64,000 bases of DNA from Candidatus Liptonbacteria bacterium (GTDB taxonomy: Bacteria; Patescibacteriota; Minisyncoccia; UBA6257; JACOXY01), in NCBI GenBank assembly GCA_016182095.1, contig JACOXY010000010.1:334-64333 (forward strand). The letters are read 5' to 3'. The notes under the pieces are model-generated. The model was not told the DNA's origin, ran no database searches, and was given only the letters and a program-made list of their open reading frames with translations. Made by a program: the position numbers and the translations under genes. Shown one piece after another: positions 1 through 9,446 of the stretch; the first letter of the stretch is position 1, and every line of letters starts with the position of its first letter.

Positions 1-726
1 TGTCCTTGAAGCCCTGACCCCGGCCAAAGGAGTTGTTGACCACTGCAGGGGTAAAGCCCTTAAAATCATGGAGGCATAGCTGGATTGACCCAGCTATCTT
101 GAGGTAACGACCGAAAAGGTCTATTCTCTCGCCTGTTGCGGCATCCTTCTTGCCGCCCGAGACTGCGTCAACTCCCTTTGCAAGCTCACTCACCAGATCA
201 ACCCAGGCTCCCAGAATCGACTGGACTGGCGCATCAAGTTTGCTTACCGTCGGGAGTTCGGGAACTTCATTGAGCTCTCCGATAATGACCAGCCAAAACG
301 GCACGTGAAGCTCGGACTCCACGATTTCCTGATACATCATGTCAGAAAAACGGTCACGCTTGTAGCCGGCAACCGGGTGCGTGCGGCCATCGGCGCAAAC
401 TGCAGCAAGTTCATCCGGGAGAGAAAGACAGTGATACTCTCCCACTATGCGACGCGACTCGGCGCGATATTCTGCTGCGCACTCTACGTCACCAGGATTT
501 CCGCGGACCTCATAGGCAACGGCGGCCTTTGTGAGTCGCATCACGGTATTTTTGATCGCGTGCCCTACCCGGCCCTCATTCGACCGGTATTCCTCCAGAA
601 GACCATGCACACCGCGAAGCGAGTCAGAAACTCGCTCATAAGTGCGAAAGTCGTCTTTCGGGTCTGGAGTTGGGAAATTTACCTTTGGTAGATGCACCCA
701 GCTCTTCTCCCTGTTGTAGCGCATTT
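1..726 (-). CDS. Hypothetical protein, 5'-partial in window (runs off the left edge). GC-rich, about 58-60%. Possibly a phage structural (capsid-like) protein.
   Basis: Translating the minus strand myself gives a continuous ORF from ATG near 726 to the window edge (MRYNREKSWVHLPKVNFPTPDPKDDF...). AGGAAAGGAA RBS sits 4 nt upstream. It is absent from the ORF track only because it has no stop in the window. GC is far above the ~40% background. Confidence 0.45.
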
Positions 727-1145
727 CCTTTCCTCTTCTCCTTTCCTTTCTCTCGCCCTCCACTGCTTTGCGCGCAGAGGGGTTTTTCTGCTTTCGCAGA
801 AAGTTAAACTGCTCCTCCTACTCCTCCCTTGCCCTCCACAGCTTTATGCGAAGGAGGGTCACTCCACATCAACAACTATTCAATTTGTAAAGAACTCACA
901 AGTTAAAACTACGTTTTAACTACATCTGACACCTAACCCCGAATCAAAACCTTTGGTTTTTGACGGGGCAGGCATATAACAACTAACTTAGTTTGAACTT
1001 GTGAATTCTCTTTTTGCCCGCGCACCAATCTTACCAATGGTAGTCATTCGACTTCGCTCAGGATCTAATTTCTTACTAAGTAAGAAATTAGAAAAAAGGG
1101 GCAGGCCCTCCGGAGTTATCCAGAGAGCTCTGCCCCAGTACTACC

Positions 1146-2012
1146 TTACCAGCGTCGCCCGTCGCGCGCCCGACTGAAAGATGAGCGCTCGTCACCACCC
1201 CGGTGACCGCGAGGGGTCCTCGGCGTGAACTGCCGAGACTCCTGGCTCTGTCGCTCGTTTGCGATCTGCTCCCGGTACTTGGCTCCTGCCTTGCGCAGGT
1301 TCGCCCGATCACCGGAGAGCTTGCCGACCTGCTGTCGGAGTTCCGGCAGAGCCTTCGCCTTCGCGACCTCCGCCTCCACCTTCCCGACCATCTCGCTCCC
1401 GAGCGACTCGGCGAGCTCGACGTTCACCTCGGAGAGGTGATTCACGACTCGGCCCAGGGCCTCCTCGTAAACCGCCTCGGACTCCACGTAGACCGCGCGG
1501 CAGTCCTGGTCGCCCTCAACGCCGAAAGTGAGCGCGAGGAACTGCTTCTTCACGGCCTCGACCCGCGCCCGGAGATCCGAGAAGTCCAGCCGTTCGTTCC
1601 TCCCCGCCTGGTACTCGACCTCGTAGCTCGCGTCGGAGAGCGCCTTTCCGGCCTCCTTGGCGAAGATCGGTCGCGTTCGGTTGTGTTCGACTGCGTCCTC
1701 GACGAGCGACTTCAGCATCTCGAGCGACGTGATGTCGCCGGGAGTGTAATCTCCGCACTCGCCGCATCGATGCCCGGGCTGCATCGTGCCGGCCTCGATG
1801 CGCAAGCCGATGTTCACGGCGAGCGCCTTGATGCTGGCGTGTCCGTTGACTCCGGACTGCCAGGCCTTCACGATCTCCTCGGAACCGAAGTGGACGTGAA
1901 CGCCCACGATGGTCCCCGTTTTCTCCAATCGCTCCATGGCCCTCTCCTTTACCACGTCGCCGCCGAAATTGGCATCCGTGCTCCTTTGGCTACGTCTTTC
2001 CCTCTTTGCCAT
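1146..2012 (-). CDS. Hypothetical GC-rich protein with a C-terminal coiled-coil; possible phage scaffold/prohead-like protein. True start is MAKRERR, internal to the track ORF 1146..2120.
   Basis: Strong AAGGAGG RBS 9 nt upstream of the internal ATG (~2012). About 62% GC. Coiled-coil-like C-terminal half (VEAEVAKAKALPELRQQVGKL). Sits upstream of the capsid-like ORF on the same strand. Confidence 0.4.
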   Translation of the reverse strand: MAKRERRSQRSTDANFGGDVVKERAMERLEKTGTIVGVHVHFGSEEIVKAWQSGVNGHASIKALAVNIGLRIEAGTMQPGHRCGECGDYTPGDITSLEMLKSLVEDAVEHNRTRPIFAKEAGKALSDASYEVEYQAGRNERLDFSDLRARVEAVKKQFLALTFGVEGDQDCRAVYVESEAVYEEALGRVVNHLSEVNVELAESLGSEMVGKVEAEVAKAKALPELRQQVGKLSGDRANLRKAGAKYREQIANERQSQESRQFTPRTPRGHRGGDERSSFSRARDGRRW

Positions 2013-2172
2013 ATCCTTGGCCTCCTTTTGCCTTGACTGCTTCGCCCACTTACGTGGGGTTAATTCTTCCTTTTTTGTAAGCCAACCCAAAGCACCATGC
2101 CTTAGGGGACCAAACAACAAGCGAAGAATGTTAATGTACTTGCGGACATTATATCATAGAATCGAAATAAAT

Positions 2173-2199
2173 GCAAGAGGCGCCATTGGCGCCTCTTGC
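2173..2199 (-). terminator. Perfect 12-bp stem / 3-nt loop hairpin (GCAAGAGGCGCC ATT GGCGCCTCTTGC). An A/T-rich tract follows on the minus strand. Likely terminator for the minus-strand four-helix-bundle gene.
   Basis: Inverted repeat read directly in the sequence. Confidence 0.45.
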
Positions 2200-2231
2200 A
2201 GGGTATGGGGTATAGGGTTTGGGGTATAGTT

Positions 2232-2594
2232 TTAGGGCTTAGGGCATAGCTTTATCAAAAGTTTACGCAACATTTTCATAACTTCTATGGTTATAGATTC
2301 AATGCGCTTAAAATCCGGATCACTTAAATATCTTAACTTCTCCGAAACAATAAGTTGCGTTTCCAGCTCGGTAGCAGATGCTAATGCTATCCTTAAAAAT
2401 TGAATGTATTCTTTTAAGTGACCGCGGTTGTAACCTTCAGCTATATTTGATGGAATGGCAACGGCGGCACGTCTCATTTGCGAAGTAATGCCATATATCT
2501 CTTCACGCGGAAAACTTTTAGTAAGTTTGTAAATTTCTATTACAAGATCAACACTTCTTGACCATACTCTAAGTTCTTTATAGGAGCTAAGCAT
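2232..2594 (-). CDS. Four-helix-bundle protein (TIGR02436 / '23S rRNA-intervening-sequence protein' family). True start likely MLSSYKELRVW. The N-terminal extension of the track ORF is encoded by the G-rich repeat.
   Basis: Motifs YKELRVWSRS...IYKLTKSFPREE...QMRRAAVAIPSNIAEG...ELETQLI are typical of this family. Confidence 0.7.
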   Translation of the reverse strand: MLSSYKELRVWSRSVDLVIEIYKLTKSFPREEIYGITSQMRRAAVAIPSNIAEGYNRGHLKEYIQFLRIALASATELETQLIVSEKLRYLSDPDFKRIESITIEVMKMLRKLLIKLCPKP

Positions 2595-2637
2595 ATTATT
2601 TTTTACTATACCCCATACCCCACACCCCAAACCCAGC

Positions 2638-3735
2638 TTACTTTTTCATCTTCAATAATATTCTTTTCTCTTCCGGTTTAAGCGAGGAGATTATAAACCC
2701 ATATTCTTTGCCAAGCTCTATTGCGGCCTTCATTTCGTCGGTGCCGCCGAATTCAGAAACGTGTATTAGGCCCTGAATATCGCCCGTTAAATCAATAAAC
2801 GCTCCATAGGGGTTGAATTTTTTAACCGTTCCTTTTACTTCTTCGCCCTCTTTAAACCTCTCGGCAACCGTCGCCCAGGGATCCGGCTGGAGCGCCTTAA
2901 GAGATAAAAACACCCTTCCTTCCTTTATATCAATAATCTTTACCTTATAAACTTCATCAACCTTGACTACTTCTTTGGGATTATCTATTAAGCGATGAGC
3001 CAATTCCGAAATATGGATAAGCCCCTCCACCTCCGGATCATCAATAAATTTTACGAAAGCGCCAAAGTCGGCGACTCCGGAAACCATGCCCGTGACCACC
3101 TGGCCAACTTCGTATTTCTTTAGAAGCTCCTTAACGTTAGCGTCGGTTATCTCGCGCTCGGAAATAATAAGTTTCTGCGTTCTGGGGTTCGCGTCAATCA
3201 CTTTTACCTTTAACTCCTCACCGACAAATTTCTTCAGCTCTTTTAATATACCCTCTTTTTGATTCTGATTGGCTTCGGCTGAAATTCTCGGATAGTGTTC
3301 GTTAGAGAGCTGGGAAACCGGTAAAAAAGCCTTAAGTTCGTTAATCAAAGCCATCAAGCCGCCGCTATTTGCCCCTGAAATTTTCACGGCAATAACCTCC
3401 CCGGATTTTGCAAGTTCGCGCACCGTATCCCAAACTTTTTCCTGCTCGGCGGCGCCAAGAGATAACTCCACATAACCGCCTTCGCCGTCCAAGGCAATAA
3501 TTTTGGCACTAACTTTGTCTCCGACTTTCAAGTTCTTGAGAACATCCTTGGCGTTAAGATATTCCAGCCCGAAAACCATACCAGTGCCGAAAGCGCCCAA
3601 ATCAAAATAGGCCTCGCGCGGAGCTTTCTCTATCAAAACGGCCTCTGTGAGTTCGCCTTCACGAGGGAACTTCAATGAGCCGGCCTCACTCTTAATCATT
3701 TCAGCCAGAGTGGTTGTTTTATCGTTATTAGTCAT
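2638..3735 (-). CDS. rpsA: S1 RNA-binding domain protein (ribosomal protein S1-like, 4 S1 repeats).
   Basis: Repeated S1-domain signatures (GxV.G.V..I..FGAFV., EGLIHISE). Confidence 0.6.
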   Translation of the reverse strand: MTNNDKTTTLAEMIKSEAGSLKFPREGELTEAVLIEKAPREAYFDLGAFGTGMVFGLEYLNAKDVLKNLKVGDKVSAKIIALDGEGGYVELSLGAAEQEKVWDTVRELAKSGEVIAVKISGANSGGLMALINELKAFLPVSQLSNEHYPRISAEANQNQKEGILKELKKFVGEELKVKVIDANPRTQKLIISEREITDANVKELLKKYEVGQVVTGMVSGVADFGAFVKFIDDPEVEGLIHISELAHRLIDNPKEVVKVDEVYKVKIIDIKEGRVFLSLKALQPDPWATVAERFKEGEEVKGTVKKFNPYGAFIDLTGDIQGLIHVSEFGGTDEMKAAIELGKEYGFIISSLKPEEKRILLKMKK

Positions 3736-3840
3736 TTTGCAATTATTTAAATAAGCACATTCCTAGTTGCCTATCTGAGTTTAATAATAATGTTTAGGAA
3801 TTCCATTAATATAGTTAATTTTGGGTTGAAAAGCAAGCGC

Positions 3841-3962
3841 TTTTGCGCTACCATAGAGTAGCGTAACGTTATAGTCGTTATAGCGTTCAATTCGTTCTAA
3901 ACGACCCGCATATTGGGTGCCAACGGTTACAACGATTAGAACGTGTACAACGGTTAAACACG
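3841..3962. repeat. Phased (A/T)AACG(T/A)T motif array upstream of the MBL hydrolase gene. About 10 AACG/CGTT cores at ~10-bp spacing.
   Basis: taacgtt, tcgtta, agcgtt, ttcgtt, aaacga, caacgg, caacga, gaacgt, caacgg read in the sequence. Same motif class recurs at 23161-23246, 43135-43165, 43541-43600 and 59775-59815. Confidence 0.5.
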
Positions 3963-4523
3963 ATGGTCATAACTTATCACGACGAAACTTGTTTTAGAAT
4001 ACAAAGCGGCAATTTAAGTTTGGTGGTTGACCCGGTGAGCGAAAAGTTTAAATCCGATGTAACTATCAAAACCAATCTGGCGCTTCCTTATAATAAAACC
4101 GAAAAGGATTTGATCGTCGGGGCCGGAGAATATGAAATCAATGGCATTTCCATAAGAGGCACGCAGGCGAGCTACGACAAAAAGGCGGGGATTAAAACAA
4201 TTTTTGAAGTCGTCATGGAAAACATAGCTCTCGGTTTTTTTGGGAAAATTGACGCGAATCCCGAACCGGATCTGATTGAAAAACTGGGGAATTTGGAGAT
4301 AATTTTCCTGCCCGTCGGGAAAGGTTATTTGGATGAAAAGTCGGCGCTAAAAATAGTAAAACAGGTAAAGCCCAATATCGTAATTCCGTACCCCACAAAG
4401 GCAACAAAAGATTTTTTGGAAGAAATGGGCGGCAAGAGCGAAATTTCTGATAAATTAACCCTGAAAAAAAAGGATATTTTGGAGATGGGGGAGAAGATGC
4501 GGGCGGTATGCTTAAAAAGTTAA
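3963..4523 (+). CDS. Small MBL-fold metal-dependent hydrolase.
   Basis: 186 aa. N-terminal MVITYHDETCFRI...SLVVDP pattern fits short MBL-fold hydrolases. Confidence 0.4.
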   Translation: MVITYHDETCFRIQSGNLSLVVDPVSEKFKSDVTIKTNLALPYNKTEKDLIVGAGEYEINGISIRGTQASYDKKAGIKTIFEVVMENIALGFFGKIDANPEPDLIEKLGNLEIIFLPVGKGYLDEKSALKIVKQVKPNIVIPYPTKATKDFLEEMGGKSEISDKLTLKKKDILEMGEKMRAVCLKS

Positions 4524-4546
4524 AAATTAAAATGTAAAAATCAAAA

Positions 4547-4672
4547 ATCCCTCACTCAAGAAGGAGTTTGGGTCGGTTCTGGAAATCGTAATATTAATTA
4601 CCAACAATAAATTATTAAGATAAAATGAATTTTGAGAAGAAGCGGAAAATGCTCCTTCTTGAGTGAGGGATT
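4547..4672. mobile_element. MITE-like element, family F1 copy 1. About 125 bp with 20-bp perfect terminal inverted repeats ATCCCTCACTCAAGAAGGAG.
   Basis: Terminal inverted repeats read directly. About 92% identical to the copy at 52903-53027. An inverted, more diverged copy lies at 44021-44144. Confidence 0.6.
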
Positions 4673-4694
4673 GATATTAAGTTTAACTTAGACA

Positions 4695-5012
4695 ATGAAC
4701 AGAATTGGAAAATTTATAACTTATTTACAAGAACAAGACGAATCCATGAAGAAGGTTTGGGTTTTTTTGCTAAGCGGCGTTTCGATGGCTCTGGTTGTTG
4801 CGCTTTGGGTGGTATATCTGAACCTCACAATAGCGAAGATTGGGGAGCCCGCTATTGCCATTAAAGAAAAGCAAACCGGAACCCAAGAGTCTAGCGCGCA
4901 GGCCGGCCTTCTTTTTGCCAATTTCAAAAATAACGCAAGCGCTATTTCCAAAAATTTTTCGGAATTTATAGCGGGCATATTAAATAGAGAGAATGAGATC
5001 ATAATAAAGTAG
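4695..5012 (+). CDS. Small membrane protein (one TM) of unknown function.
   Basis: ORF with hydrophobic segment VWVFLLSGVSMALVVALWVVYL. Confidence 0.3.
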   Translation: MNRIGKFITYLQEQDESMKKVWVFLLSGVSMALVVALWVVYLNLTIAKIGEPAIAIKEKQTGTQESSAQAGLLFANFKNNASAISKNFSEFIAGILNRENEIIIK

Positions 5013-5052
5013 CCGCGAGCCAATAAACTGATTAGCGATTCGCTGATATTAT

Positions 5053-8000
5053 ATGAGGGAAAATAAAAATGAAAATAAAATAGTATCCAAAGCGGAACCA
5101 CGCGAAATAACCACTGAACTCAAGGAGTCTTATCTTGATTACGCGATGTCGGTCATAGTTTCGCGCGCCTTGCCGGATGTCCGCGATGGCTTGAAGCCGG
5201 TACACAGAAGAATTTTGTGGGCCATGTGGGACATGGGGCTTACGCATGGAGCTAAATTCAGAAAATCTGCGAATGTCGTTGGATCCGTCCTCGGCGCGTA
5301 TCATCCGCACGGCGACTCATCCGTGTATGACGCAATGGTGCGATTAGCGCAACCCTTTTCCATGCGCTACCCGCTAATCGAGGGGCAGGGTAACTGGGGA
5401 TGTTTTACCAAGGATACCGAAGTAAAACTTGCAGATGGGCGGAACTTGAGCTTTGGAAAACTCATTGAAGAAGATGCTCGAGGAAAAACCAACTATACAT
5501 ACACGGTCAATAGTTTAGGGTTAATATCGGTGGCAAAAATAGAAAAACCAAGAGTTACAAGAGGTGACGCCGAGCTTATTAGAGTTACACTTGATAATGG
5601 CATCGAGATAAAATGCACCCCAGACCATCGCTTTATGTTAAGAGATGGGAATTATAAAGAAGCTCAGTATTTAACGCCACAAGATTCATTAATGCCGCTT
5701 TATGAAAAGTTGTCCGAAAAAACTGATAGATTAAACATATCAAATTTGATTAGATATGAAATTAGAAATAACCACCGCGTTACTAAAATCGAAAAATTAT
5801 CAGAGAAAGAAGACGTTTACGATCTTACGGTCTCTGGTTCGCACAACTTTTCTTTGGGGGCGGGCATTTTCGTACACAACTCGGTCGACGGGGATTCTGC
5901 GGCGGCGATGCGCTATTGCGTTACGGGCGATACTTTAGTTGTTACGGAAAATGGCCTGCAAAAAATTAAAGACATGCCGGGTAAAACTGATAATTTTGAG
6001 CAGGACATAAATATTAAAATCCTTTCTAGGGAGAAAAAAATCCACAAAGCCAGCAAATGGTTTGATAGTGGAGAGCATCCTACTTTAAAAGTAACAACGA
6101 GCCGCGGCCATCAAATAGAAGGATCATATAATCATCCTTTGCTAACTTTAAATAAAAATGGGAGTGGAAAACCAACATTTCAATGGAAAACTCTTGAACA
6201 GCTTACTGCTGGCGACATAGCGGTTCTGGATCGTTCAAGCGATGTTTTGTGGCCGGAAAAAGAAGTTGCTTTAGATAAATTTTATCCAACTGGCCTGCAT
6301 AATAGAACTGAAAGAAAAAAAATGCCGGCGCGCCTTGATGAGAATCTAGCTTTTATAATCGGCGCCATTATAGCAGAGGGGACTACCAGCAGAAAGAAAA
6401 TTGAGTTTTGCAATAGCGACCTAGAATTTGTTGCTGAATTCGAAAAAAGGTGGGCAAAAGTTTTCCCAGACTGCAGAATTCATAAATTTATTAAACAGCC
6501 CTCATCTTATGGGAAGAAAGAATATTGTCGCTTAGAAATTCATTCTCTTTGTGTGGTTTCATTTTTACACAATCTCGGTCTCAATATCGCCACTTCAGCA
6601 TTTAAAACAATCCCGGAACCAATTTTGCAGTCCCCTAAAAATGTAGCGGCGAGTTTTATTAGGGCTTATTTTGAGGGAGACGGCTCAATATCAAACTCTG
6701 ACAAAATGATTGAGCTTAGTAGCTGTTCCATAAGTAAAAAACTAACTGATGAGCTACAGGTTTTGTTGTTAAAATTTGGCATTGCCGCCACCAAAAGGTT
6801 CGATTCTTACAGAAATAACCATAAATTATACATCCGTGGAAGAAAAAATTATTTAGTATTTGCTGAAAATATAGGATTTGTTTCTGCGCGCAAAAATAAT
6901 AGGTTAAAAAACGTTCTAGGACATTATTTAAAGTTTGCCGCCCCGACAGATTTTATTCCTTATCTAACTGGCTATGTAAGAACATTTGTTGCCATGCCAA
7001 GAAGCGCCGATAGGCAGTTTATTCTCAAAAATAACTTTGATCGGTATCATTATTTGGAGAAAAACGGGGGTAGGGTAGCGCTTGCGGTGCAAGCCACGAC
7101 TGGCTTAAATCTTGAACCCCTATTCAGATCTTTTCTCGGCAATAATTATCTTTTTGATCCTGTGGCCAGCATTGAAAAAACGGGGGTCCAAAAAGTTTAT
7201 TCAATCAGGGTGGATAGTGAATGTCATTCCTTTATTGCGAATGGTTTTATTAATCACAATACAGAGTGCCGCCTCTCTAAAATTGCCGAGGAACTTTTGG
7301 GAGACATAGAAAAAGAAACTGTGGAGTGGCAGCCAAACTATGATTCAAGCCGCGAGGAGCCGAAGGTTTTGCCGTCTAAATTTCCCAACTTGCTCGTGAA
7401 CGGCGGTATGGGTATAGCAGTCGGCATGGCGACAAGCATTCCTCCCCATAACTTGAGCGAAGTGGCGGATGCCGCGGTAAAACTTTTGGATCATCCCAAA
7501 ACCAGCATCTCCGAAATAATGGAGATAGTTAAAGGGCCCGACTTCCCAACCGGCGGGATAATTTATGACCGAAAAAACATAAATGAAGCTTATGCCCTAG
7601 GCCGCGGTTCAATAACCACGCGGGCGCTCGCTGAAATTTCCGAAAAAAAGAGCGGCCAATATGTGATCGTCATAACCGAAATTCCATATCAGGTTAATAA
7701 ATCGGAGTTGATAATCAAAATCGCCGAACTAATCCAGGAAAAAAGAATTGAGGGCGTGAGAGACGTGCGCGATGAATCCGATAAAGACGGCCTCCGAATA
7801 GTAATAGAGCTGAAGAGCGACGTCTCGCCGCAAAAAATCCTAAACCAGCTTTACAAAAACACAGATTTACAGAAAGACTTCCACCTTAATTTGATCGCGC
7901 TTCAAGATCGTGGAATTCAGCCCCAGCTTATGTCTTTGAAAGACATGCTGGAGCAGTTTATCGATCACCGCAAAGAAGTTGTGCGCCGCAGAGCGGAGTT

Positions 8001-9351
8001 TGACCTTAAAAAAGCCAAGGAAAGGGCGCATATTTTGGAGGGACTCGCTAAGGCGCTATCGGTTATTGATAAAATAATCGCCACCATCAAGAAGTCGGGC
8101 GACAAAGAAGAGGCGCATAAAAATTTAATCAAGAATTTCAAGCTTACCGACATACAAGCGACGGCTATCCTCGAAATGCGCCTGCAAACTTTGGCGGCCT
8201 TAGAAAGGCAAAAGATTGAGGACGAGCTAAAGGAAAAACTGAAATTAATAAAAGATTTGGAGATATTGCTTAAGAGCCCCGAAAAAATAAAGGGGGTTAT
8301 TAAGGACGAACTCCAAGAAATGCGGGAAAAATTCGGTGACGAAAGAAGAACCAAAGTAGTGTCAGGCGGGCTGAAGGAGTTCAAAGAAGAAGACCTGGTA
8401 CCGGAAGAAGAAACCGTGATAACCCTTTCCGCGGGCGGGTACATAAAGAGAAGCAATCCGGGAGATTTTAAGGTACAAAAGCGGGGCGGCAAAGGGATAA
8501 TAGGAGGCGATGTCGGTGAAGAAGATTTTGTGCGCCACTTTGTGAGCGCCGTAACTCATGACAACATTTTATTCTTTACCACGAGCGGCAAGGTTTTCCA
8601 AACTAAAGTTTATGAAATACCTGCGGCTTCAAGAACATCAAAGGGAAAGGCCATACATAACTTTTTAGAAATCCCCACCTCCGAATATGTAAGCGCTATT
8701 ATTGCATATCCATCCAACACGCAAAATCAAGAAACCGCGGCATCGGGCTTCCTTGTTATGGTCACCGAAGGCGGCGTTATCAAAAAAACCAAAATTGCCG
8801 ACTTTGAAAATGTCAGAAAAAGCGGCATTATCGCCATTAAATTAAGAAGCGGCGACAAACTCAAATGGGTGGGGTTATCTGAAGCCGGGAACGACATTCT
8901 TATCGCCACCATGAACGGCCAGGCGATCAGATTCAAAGAAAAAGATTTGCGCCCCATGGGGAGGGCGGCAAGCGGCGTTACCGCCATAAGGTTAAAAAAG
9001 GGCGATAAAGTAAATGCCATGGAAATAATTAGAGGAGGAAAAGAGACGCGAGAAACACAGCTCCTCGCGGTTATGGCTAACGGTTACGCCAAGCGCACCC
9101 CCTTAAAAGAATATAAGGTGCAAAGGCGGGGCGGCTCCGGGATTAAAACAGCCAAAATAACGGCAAAGACCGGCTCCATAGTGGCGGCAAGAGTTATAAC
9201 CGAGGAAGAAGAACTTCTGGCTCTTTCAACTAAGGGCCAGATAATCAAGACCTTAATCAAGGATGTGCGCATAGCCGGCCGCGCCACGCAAGGAGTTAGA
9301 ATTATGTCGCTTAAAGCCGGAGATAAAGTGGCGGGGATAGTGTGTCTGTAG
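5053..9351 (+). CDS. gyrA: DNA gyrase subunit A, interrupted by two inteins. Extein total is ~824 aa.
   Basis: GyrA motifs are all present: [37 protein letters not shown]|..|[12 protein letters not shown]|..|[13 protein letters not shown], and the C-terminal beta-pinwheel repeats. Confidence 0.9.
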   Translation: MRENKNENKIVSKAEPREITTELKESYLDYAMSVIVSRALPDVRDGLKPVHRRILWAMWDMGLTHGAKFRKSANVVGSVLGAYHPHGDSSVYDAMVRLAQPFSMRYPLIEGQGNWGCFTKDTEVKLADGRNLSFGKLIEEDARGKTNYTYTVNSLGLISVAKIEKPRVTRGDAELIRVTLDNGIEIKCTPDHRFMLRDGNYKEAQYLTPQDSLMPLYEKLSEKTDRLNISNLIRYEIRNNHRVTKIEKLSEKEDVYDLTVSGSHNFSLGAGIFVHNSVDGDSAAAMRYCVTGDTLVVTENGLQKIKDMPGKTDNFEQDINIKILSREKKIHKASKWFDSGEHPTLKVTTSRGHQIEGSYNHPLLTLNKNGSGKPTFQWKTLEQLTAGDIAVLDRSSDVLWPEKEVALDKFYPTGLHNRTERKKMPARLDENLAFIIGAIIAEGTTSRKKIEFCNSDLEFVAEFEKRWAKVFPDCRIHKFIKQPSSYGKKEYCRLEIHSLCVVSFLHNLGLNIATSAFKTIPEPILQSPKNVAASFIRAYFEGDGSISNSDKMIELSSCSISKKLTDELQVLLLKFGIAATKRFDSYRNNHKLYIRGRKNYLVFAENIGFVSARKNNRLKNVLGHYLKFAAPTDFIPYLTGYVRTFVAMPRSADRQFILKNNFDRYHYLEKNGGRVALAVQATTGLNLEPLFRSFLGNNYLFDPVASIEKTGVQKVYSIRVDSECHSFIANGFINHNTECRLSKIAEELLGDIEKETVEWQPNYDSSREEPKVLPSKFPNLLVNGGMGIAVGMATSIPPHNLSEVADAAVKLLDHPKTSISEIMEIVKGPDFPTGGIIYDRKNINEAYALGRGSITTRALAEISEKKSGQYVIVITEIPYQVNKSELIIKIAELIQEKRIEGVRDVRDESDKDGLRIVIELKSDVSPQKILNQLYKNTDLQKDFHLNLIALQDRGIQPQLMSLKDMLEQFIDHRKEVVRRRAEFDLKKAKERAHILEGLAKALSVIDKIIATIKKSGDKEEAHKNLIKNFKLTDIQATAILEMRLQTLAALERQKIEDELKEKLKLIKDLEILLKSPEKIKGVIKDELQEMREKFGDERRTKVVSGGLKEFKEEDLVPEEETVITLSAGGYIKRSNPGDFKVQKRGGKGIIGGDVGEEDFVRHFVSAVTHDNILFFTTSGKVFQTKVYEIPAASRTSKGKAIHNFLEIPTSEYVSAIIAYPSNTQNQETAASGFLVMVTEGGVIKKTKIADFENVRKSGIIAIKLRSGDKLKWVGLSEAGNDILIATMNGQAIRFKEKDLRPMGRAASGVTAIRLKKGDKVNAMEIIRGGKETRETQLLAVMANGYAKRTPLKEYKVQRRGGSGIKTAKITAKTGSIVAARVITEEEELLALSTKGQIIKTLIKDVRIAGRATQGVRIMSLKAGDKVAGIVCL
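5401..5880 (+). other. Mini-intein (160 aa, no endonuclease domain). Inserted between GQGNWG and SVDGD. Starts with Cys, ends His-Asn, with Ser at +1.
   Basis: CFTKDTEV...GIFVHN|S. The flanking exteins reconstitute the conserved GyrA GN(F/W)G-S(V/I)DGD motif. Confidence 0.7.
5917..7260 (+). other. Intein (448 aa) with a LAGLIDADG homing-endonuclease domain, at the canonical GyrA intein site (AAMRY|C...HN|TE). It lies only 12 extein residues after intein 1.
   Basis: CVTGDTLV...FINHN|TECR. LAGLIDADG-like blocks [13 protein letters not shown] and [12 protein letters not shown]. Same insertion point as the mycobacterial GyrA intein. Confidence 0.75.
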
Positions 9352-9396
9352 AAACTGAAATTCAAAAATCAAAATGCAAAATGCAAAATTTAAGAT

Positions 9397-9431
9397 TGTT
9401 CGCCGAAGGCGAACTCCATAATTTTTGTTTT
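9397..9431 (+). terminator. gyrA terminator hairpin GTTCGCC GAAG GCGAAC followed by a T-rich tract.
   Basis: Stem-loop plus ttttgtttttg read in the sequence. Confidence 0.5.
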
Positions 9432-9446
9432 TGATATAATATACTT

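Noticed and set aside
305-919. Plus-strand ORFs 305..691 and 692..919 in the GC-rich edge region
   Set aside because: They lie antisense to an RBS-supported minus-strand ORF that runs from about 726 to the window edge. High GC inflates spurious ORFs. They have no RBS and low-complexity translations.
1203-2036. Plus-strand 277-aa ORF (and 1225..1440, 1259..1531, 1516..1767) overlapping the GC-rich minus-strand gene
   Set aside because: Arg/Pro/Leu-rich low-complexity translations typical of wrong-frame reading of high-GC DNA. The minus-strand frame has a consensus RBS and a coiled-coil protein.
2595-2630. N-terminal extension (MGCGVWGIVKNN) of the four-helix-bundle ORF
   Set aside because: Encoded by the G/C-rich telomere-like repeat. 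Family proteins start at the internal Met (MLSSYKELRVW).
7965-9365. Several minus-strand ORFs (7965..8492, 8727..9020, 9084..9365) inside gyrA
   Set aside because: Antisense to a well-supported essential gene, with Ser/Leu-rich junk translations.
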